In this document: positions 56,101 to 64,000 of the stretch, in pieces
Layout of the letters: each line of letters starts with the position of its first letter
How positions within the stretch are numbered: the first letter of the stretch is position 1
From: Chrysomallon squamiferum
Taxonomy: Eukaryota; Animalia; Mollusca
Direction of reading: 5' to 3'
NCBI GenBank assembly: GCA_012295275.1
Contig: CM022672.1
Coordinates: forward strand, 744,001-808,000
Length of the DNA stretch: 64,000 nt
Notes under the pieces: generated by a model
The model's database searches: none
Seen by the model: the letters and a program-made list of their open reading frames with translations, nothing else
What the model was told of the DNA's origin: nothing
Made by a program: the position numbers and the translations under genes

Positions 56101-56205
56101 TGAAGTGAATGTTTTTAATTTATTTTTTTTATTATTTTTTTTTTATTGTTTTTGTTGAAAGTTTAGGAACATGTGTTTATGAACATTTTGAATTAACAAG
56201 TTTTA

Positions 56206-59200
56206 CTATCTAGGTCTGTACACAGGACTTTTGCCAATTCGAGATCCACGGAAACTCCTGTAGTGTGGCAGCAAGGCTGGACTCCTCACATAAATACCTC
56301 GACCCCCAGGCGTGTTCGCCCTCACACCCACCCACATTGCAAACCCTGCAGTCACAGACACCCAGCCTGCAGCAAGAAGAAACACTAAATCAATTTTGTT
56401 TTAATAAATTAAAAACAATTTAAAAAATTGACTATTAATTATTGTCAGAACAGGTTATCAAAAATGACAAGAGTCTGTATGTTTTATTAGTATATCATAT
56501 ACAGGTTATGTAGATAATCTGTACGTAGCCTTATGTAATATAGTTAATAACTATAGTTAGTGCCTGAAATCAAGTTTGTATACAATACAAGGTATTGATA
56601 TCTCACCAGGTTGAAGGAAGTTTCTGAGCTTTTCTGATAAAGTTATTTTGGATAAGGGATCCTCGAAATATATTTAAGTGAAGAGTTTCATTTCTCAGAT
56701 ACATTTTACCCGTCAGGAAGATGAAAATATTAACATATAAATTTATATTTTTTGATAGTTTTAGACACTTAAATAGAATTAAGATGGTTAAAGTTAAAAC
56801 ATAAATTTTAAGAAAATATTAAAAGAAAATTAATTTAATACTTAAAACAATTTATAAAGTTAGTGAAAAAACTGACAACAAATAAAATGTTTAAAAAAGA
56901 AAAGCTCACCAAGAGAAGACAACTGGATGTCAACAGCAGCCTCATCCCAGTTGATGCCTAAAACATCGATGTCCTTGCTTTCTAACCTCGGCAGACTGCT
57001 CAAACGTTCTTTGCCTATAGGAACCTGTAAACAACAATAAACTTCTAAAAAACTCAAAACAATAAAAAAAAAATATAACATTAAAAAATCCTAAAACAAA
57101 TCACAGGGGTTTAAAATGAAAATGTTCAGAGTTGTCTTTCTTGACAGTGAAAATGAGAATGTGATAACTAAATAAAACAAAAATAAATAAAAATGAATAA
57201 ATGTACAAGTCAGTGGTGAAGCTAATTAACTGACTAAAAGATATGAATAAACCTGTAATACTAGACTGTCTTATCTAATTGTATTCAGAAATAGAGGACA
57301 AAGAGTGGAATTTACCCCAAGTTCCTTTGTGCCAATTTTCTCATTGTAGAAATCTTCAGCTTTGTCACCATCAATAACATGGATGGGAATATTCGGAGAA
57401 CAGTGGACAGTAAAAAATATTGACTTACTTCCCTGTTAAATAAAACACAATTTATAATTTTATAATATAACACTAAAAAAAAAAAAAAAAAAAAAATCTT
57501 TATTTACGCATTAACATTACTATTTGTATTCTTTTTATGACTGAAAACTAAAAAAAACAAGTAAGAGTTAGCAGGCTATTAAATTAAAAAATTAAAAATG
57601 TATAGTTTGTTGTACAATTAAGACAAAATATGAATTTATTCAGATTCATACTTAGTCATAGGTGCAACATACATTTATAAATATTCTGATTTCTTCTGAA
57701 GACCTTTTAGTTAATATAAAATATTTTGAAAATATGAAATAAATCAATTATCAAAGTAAATATATATTATTATTTGAAAATAGCAAATATATATAAAAAT
57801 ATCAATATATACACAAAACCATCATTATCACAAAAAATCCAGATTGAAAGAAAATAAAAATGTGTGATGTGTGTAAGAGCTGACTGTGTTAAAAAGAAAT
57901 ACTATATGTGTCTGTCTGAGACTGAACAGCCAATCTGCTTATTGTGCTGTGACAGTGTTAAACATCCATTCATCAGTAAGAAATAATTGTGTATAATAAG
58001 ACACAAATTTTAATTATCTTTATAATAATTTTTTTTTATTATTTATTTATTTCTTTTTTTGCCATAAAATCTATTGCAGCCACATTGTAGAATGTGTATC
58101 AGAATCAATAAATACCAGACTTGATACAAATATCTGTAACTGAAAATTACCAGATTCTTTATGTCAAATATCTGTAACTGAATCAATAAAAAACTTTACA
58201 TCAAATATCTGTAACTGAAAATTACCAGATTCTGTTGATGTCATCATACTCGAATCACTGGCATGTTAGACTAGATTTTCAGGTGTTAAATATTTGCTAA
58301 AACAAACCTGGGTAGAATTGTAGAATGTGTATCAGAATCAATAAATACCAGACTTTACATCAAATATCTGTAACTGAAAATTACCAGATTCTGTTGATGT
58401 CATCATACTCGAATCACTGGCATGTTAGACTAGATTTTCAGGTGTTAAATATTTGCTAAAACAAACCTGGGTGAAGTCGATTCTGCCCAACCCTGACACA
58501 AACATCACCTGTGAGGGTCTGAGTACAAACACTCGGGGAATGATAATCCTTCTTGGTAAAACTAGCTCCAGTTCCTCAGGGGTTAACAAATTTATTATCT
58601 AAAAATAAATAAAAACTTCTAAAATTTACCATCAAAGGTAAACAGGTTTAAAAATTATGTCATAAAGGAAAGTTTCCAAGATGATTTTTACTAACAACCT
58701 CAGATCCATTTCTCTGCTTGCAAAGTTAAAATCGAATTCACTGCAAGGTAAGTATACTTATATGCAAAGCAATACTGAATAAATATATCCAGGAAGCAAT
58801 AAATATTAATTAACTAAACTATATTTAAATTAAAAAAGTAAATTTGATAATCTTTCAACATCGGTTCAGAGAAAATATCAAATATACATGGTGACTATTC
58901 TCATCTGTGAATCATAATATCTGCTGATAATTAATAGAATTTGATGTTAAAATTACCTGTTCACTGTTAATACAATCAGGTCTGTTAAAATTACCTGTTC
59001 ACTGTTAATACAATCAGGTCTGTTAAAATTACCTGTTCACTGTTAATCACACCAGGTGTGTCAAACGTCCACCTGCTGTTTGTCAGTTTCTCGTCAAATG
59101 ACATGTCGGGTACTGTGGTGTCATCACTGACAGCATCATATTTTGTTTTCAGTATTTTGTTGTCAGTCATCTCAAAACTGACAATTTCCTGTCCTTCATA

Positions 59201-62199
59201 CTCCAGTGTGCTCTCAAAACACTTCTGTCTCTCTGAACGAAAATCTGTCAGTCCAACTTTACCTAGCAACAACAAACTGTAATATTAGTTTCTTTCTGCA
59301 GAGAATATTGTTATCAAAGTTGGTATTAAACTGCTTCTTGGACTGACCATTTAGTATACTCTAATTAATTTTTTCTGAATAGCTTTTGGTATTTAAAATC
59401 AAAGAAACCATTTATTATGCAATTGTTAACTTCAAAACAAACATCTTAAACTTTCCAGATAATCTTTTATTTACACTTTGAGATAAGACATAATATTTCC
59501 TTTTATGAAGTAAAGTTGGAATGGAATAAAAATGTTCAATAACCACTGAAAGATTAGGCTTCTCTGAACAAGTAACATCCAGAGACTGTTACCTACACAA
59601 TCACTCTAACTTACATCACACTTGGTGACTGATTCCACATGTACATTGTTTACTAGAAAACAGCATCATATCACTTTAACCTTAAAATAAGAATATGTCT
59701 CACTAACTTACAAAATAGAGTAAAATTTTTAAATTTCTTATATTTCCATAAATTGTATTTTGTTATATTCTTTCAGTCTTACTATTTACTAATTTGTTTT
59801 AACTAAATAACCATGTTCATGAAATACCAAAACAATAAAGTTATAAACACTAGCATTTCTACGTTACTGAAAACCAACATCAGTGCAGAAAAAGAAGCAA
59901 AAAAAAGGTCTGATTAGAAATTTGTTTGACACTCATCTATGTTAAAATAAAGAATCAGTTTTAAAAAAAAAGTAAAATCAAATCTGATTTCTTTTGATTC
60001 TTTTTCAAATATTTTAATTCATTTAACATATAAAGAACAGTTTTGTCATAATGTTGAACAAACAACTGACCACCAAGTATTGTTCTTGTAGTTTTCTCCT
60101 CTTCTTTGTTGTCCTCCATCTCCAACTTTTTCTGTTTTCTTTCTTCCACTTCTTTCTTCTGTTCTTCAATCAGTCGTTCCACACGAGCCTTCAGTCGCCT
60201 GGGTTCTGGGTTGACAATTGGAAATTTCAACAAACTAACAGTGGTTCCTGCAACACAGTTTTACTTGTTGATTTATTTTAATTCCTTTCATAGCAAACTA
60301 AGAAAACAAACAAGCTAACCTCTAGAGTGCAAAAATATATTTTCATGTGTGTAGGATTGGATATAAGTATTTGATGAGTGTTGTAAAATTATCAGTGTTA
60401 TTTTTATAAAAACTGATTTTTTTTAAAGCCTAAGAAACTGTGAATTAACCTCAGGTGCACACACACACACACACACACACATACCACACACACTGTAACT
60501 GCTAACATTTTAAAACAATTATCTAGCAACACTAGAACACACAGCCACATACTGACAGAACAAACAGAACACAGGCGTATTTAATAAAATTGTTCTCAAT
60601 GATTGTTTTACCCCCTTAAAGATTGAAAAGGAAGTTGCAGACATCAGTTCACTGTTAGCAGTTAGTGGAAAAGTATGTTTTATGATCTGTGTTTTACCTG
60701 GCCAGGTGGACACTGTGGCTCTGTGAATGAGATCTCGGACATGTGACTTGCAGTAGTCTGAGCCTAGCAGAGCATTGAACAGTGACGACTTTCCAACATT
60801 CGTACACCCAACCAGAAACACATGTCCTGAAACAGTAGCATCATCAACATCACTGAACAACGTTTCAAAATAATATCACACTAAAGCAGTTGTATTCCCT
60901 TCTTACAAACATGCATGAACATTGTTACATACACATAAAAAGGCTTAATCATTCTTCTGATTAATAAACTGAGAAAGACATTATGAAAGAAAGGACACTG
61001 TTAGTTTTAAGATAACTGACAATAAAATATTGACATTGATGACACCACATCAAGACATTATTTTAAACTGCAACCCTATATAAAAATGACAAACATTTGT
61101 AGTATTAATTATTTTCAACATTTAAAACAAAAAAACCTTTTAGCTTCCACTGAGACATGAGTTTTGTAACCAGCTGCTCAATTCCATATCCTGTCTTTGC
61201 ACTCACTAAACAAACATGTCTCAGATTTGATCCAGATGGATTCAATCCACTTGCTTCACATTCTTTAACAAGATGTTGTTTTACCCGTTCTAGATAACCT
61301 CTGTCATCTTTAGCTAACAGATCCACTTTGTTGCCGACCACATAGATAGGTCGATTGATGCCAATGTGCTTCAACAAGTTTCTAAAAATACTGTTTGGAA
61401 AATCAGTGAGATCAACGATAACCAGCACTAAACCTCTAGAAGTTTTAATTTTAGAGATGATTTCAGGATATTCTTTTTCATCCACTTTAACATTGAGACA
61501 TACGTTGTGATGTGTCATTAAATGACATCTCTGACAGATTGAACGTTTCAGCTCATCTCGTGTCTTTGTTTTCAACTTTTCACTTGGCAGGTAACCTGCC
61601 ACAGACGCATCCTGACAGTGAAGTAAGGCTCCACAACCAGAACATGCAATGTCCGTTTTCGGAAATGCCGGATCTGGCGTTCCTACAATTTCCTTAATAA
61701 TACCATACTTTGTTTTCTTCTTTGGGTAGACCTTCTTCTCATCGAGCATAATTTGTTCTATGCTGTCATCGCTTTCAGTTTCATGTATGTGTGGTTGGAT
61801 CGTTTGTTGTATCTCACTCTCGTCCATTTTATTTAATTCCTTATTCATGTGTGCATTAATGTCCCACGAGATGTGGTCCAGTTTCTGTTTTAAACTGTCA
61901 AGTGACAGCGTTTCTTTATCTGGTGTTGACGACTGCATTTCTTTTCGTTTGTTTAGATCTTCATAAACCATCTTAACTGCAAGAGGAGTAGCATCTGTTG
62001 GAGGGATATCTGCAGCTTTTTTTTCTTTTTTATTATCAATCTTATAATATCTTTGCGAACTGCACGTAGCTGCTAATGAAAATCTTCTTGTCCCGACATT
62101 ACAATATTGCGAATTCGATATTTTATATTCGATTCTAACAAGTCTACCAACACATTTGTTATTAAATATTTGTCTACACGATTTTACATAAAGCGACAT
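56206..62199 (-). CDS. NOA1: nitric oxide-associated protein 1 (mitochondrial circularly permuted GTPase, YqeH family), about 707 aa, 8 exons
   Basis: Exons: 62199-61137, 60826-60698, 60247-60071, 59262-59033, 58598-58467, 57432-57316, 57024-56910, 56366-56206 (2124 nt, open frame). Contains the Zn ribbon CSGC..CQRC, G4 NKVD, G5 VSAKTG, G1 GCTNVGKS, G2 WPGTT, G3 DTPG and C-terminal GLGRIDF and GWVSV, with a basic N-terminus resembling a transit peptide. Confidence 0.95.
58085..58473. repeat. ~159-bp tandem duplication in NOA1 intron 5 that includes the donor site
   Basis: 58196-58313 is nearly identical to 58355-58473, including acaaacctgggt (minus strand ACCCAG|GTTTGT). Confidence 0.85.
58946..59048. 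repeat. 38-bp tandem repeat (about 2.7 units) spanning the NOA1 exon 4 donor
   Basis: Unit gttaaaattacctgttcactgttaatacaatcaggtct; identical donors at 59032, 58994 and 58956. Confidence 0.9.
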
Positions 62200-62210
62200 T
62201 ATGAGAGTTT

Positions 62211-62270
<60 letters not shown>

Positions 62271-63415
62271 TTGTTTAATGTAACACAGTTCTAAAAAACA
62301 GTAAACAAATCACTTGACTTTCGTTTTGACAAAATGTGCGATCGATTGGTTACAAAATTTGCTTATTATCGTTGTTAAAATATAATGACAAGCGTAACGG
62401 TTATAAAAATACAGTTTTTACACAATAACATTATCAAACATCATTAAAAACATCTTTATTTTAATTATTCTTCCTGTACATTATATAATTTTTGTGTATT
62501 TATTTTATAACATATTGAAATATTTATTCAGTTTATGATATACTTGATGACATACGTGATGAAAATATTATTTGTTCCTTGATATAGGGGACAAATTATA
62601 TCCGGTGAAAAAGACAAATGTATAACCATGTTATTAACTGTGCAGCGCTTTAATTATTATTATTTTTTTAAATAGGAACGATTGAGTTTATAATCTGTTA
62701 AGCAATTTATCTTTATTATTGATTGTTAACTCATATTAAATTGTGTACCATTTCATTATATGTTTGTTTGCAAGAATGAGCGATAAATTAATTCACTATA
62801 TTATAGTAACTGATTACAAATTAGTTTTACACCGGTTTGGATACAAAACGTAATGAAAACATTTATAGAAGTAAGTTACTTAATCTTTATCAGGCTTGCT
62901 AGGTTTATTTAATACTATTTAGTGTTCGTCTACGTCACAGTGAAATTAACCTTTTTGGCTATATTACTATACCTCTACACAATGTAATGATAATTTTGAA
63001 CAATAATATATCCGAAACATTAAATTTAATAATTTCTAAATTTGTTATTCCGATATCCCCGTCATATTCATATTGATATTCGTAATCAGTTGCCAGAATT
63101 CTCTGAATTGGTATTAATATGCTACTGTTATATAGACTACAAATGCGAAATGCAACATTTAGTATTTATAAATTTCTTTTCCTTTTGATCTGTTGATCTG
63201 GGGTTTGTTCTGAAATATATTATGCAGTAAATAAATAATCCATTTTGTGAAATAATGATCATAATAATATAGAATAATGTTTATATCATTACAATCCATT
63301 ACAGTTTTGCATCAGCATTATCAAGTACTGAAGTAGACAGTAATTTCGAATTATATTTTTCCATAAGGTTTAAGGTTATAAACATAATTACAATAGATTA
63401 TCAAATATATTTCAG
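62200..63415. promoter_or_regulatory. bidirectional promoter region NOA1/SLU7
   Basis: Divergent start codons about 1.25 kb apart, a CCAAT (attgg) at ~62346, and a candidate SLU7 5'UTR donor GAA|GTAAGT at 62871 with an acceptor tttcag ending at 63415. Confidence 0.6.
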
Positions 63416-63447
63416 AATTAAAAGGCGACTGTTAAATATTATTCATC

Positions 63448-64000
63448 ATGACGTTTCAACTGAATTTGCCACCGTCTGCGGTGGCAAAACTTGTCAAGTC
63501 TCAAGAATGTACAGACGAACCAAAGAAACAGTCTCGAGAAGACTGGAGGAAAATGAAGGAGCTGGAGGAGATGAGGAAAGCAGGAACTGCTGAGGCCATG
63601 AAGGATGAAGAGGGCAAGTAAGTTGGTTTCTATGGCTATTGCATCCGTTATATATCTGCCTTTAGACAGTAATTACACAGGAATAGTTACACATTGTTAC
63701 ACATACAAACACACAAATACATATACACATACAGACATGTATACACAAAATTAAACATATAAACACATACACAAATACTTACAAACACAAACATATACAA
63801 GAAACACACACACACATTCATGGATGTATCCACATAAATACATCCATTTTGTGTTTCAACTTCAACATTTAATATAAAAACCTTTTGTATTACTGACAAA
63901 AATAAGTACATCTGAACTGAGATATGTTAGCTTAGATTTCTTGGATTTTAAATTTAAATTTTTTTTTTGTGTGTTTCAGAGACATCAATCCACACATACC
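63448..64000 (+). CDS. SLU7: pre-mRNA splicing factor SLU7, first two coding exons (truncated at the window end)
   Basis: Exon 63448-63617 joined to exon 63980 onward gives [57 protein letters not shown]|DINPHIP. This matches the SLU7 N-terminus EPKKxxREDWRKxKELEExRKxG..DEEGKDINPHIP. It is absent from the supplied ORF track. Confidence 0.93.

Overview
AT-rich, microsatellite-dense, intron-containing animal DNA. It looks molluscan and possibly cephalopod, but that is inference from composition and gene style only. The first 38 kb hold a head-to-tail minus-strand array of at least three divergent Mind bomb (MIB2-like) E3 ubiquitin ligase paralogs with the layout MIB-HERC2/ZZ/MIB-HERC2, Mib repeat(s), ankyrins and one RING. 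Copy A runs off the window's left edge and carries disabling lesions. Copy B is intact (about 737 aa). Copy C (about 750 aa) has a single 1-nt homopolymer frameshift. The paralogs differ in domain architecture through visible DNA events: an internal duplication that rebuilt a second Mib repeat, an ankyrin-deleting exon fusion and a His-less RING. They also show patchwork gene-conversion-like identity and IRF/NF-kB-like motifs near their 5' ends. Copy B contains a decayed hAT transposon with a nested MITE, a Mutator-like remnant and an array of about 27 copies of a 44-bp unit built from one of its own splice acceptors. Further right are a DEGS1-type sphingolipid desaturase whose CDS sits in one exon (+), an 8-exon NOA1 (-) and the first two coding exons of SLU7 (+), head-to-head with NOA1. 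All exon models were built by hand from GT-AG signals, phase continuity and paralog comparison; none is confirmed by transcript data.
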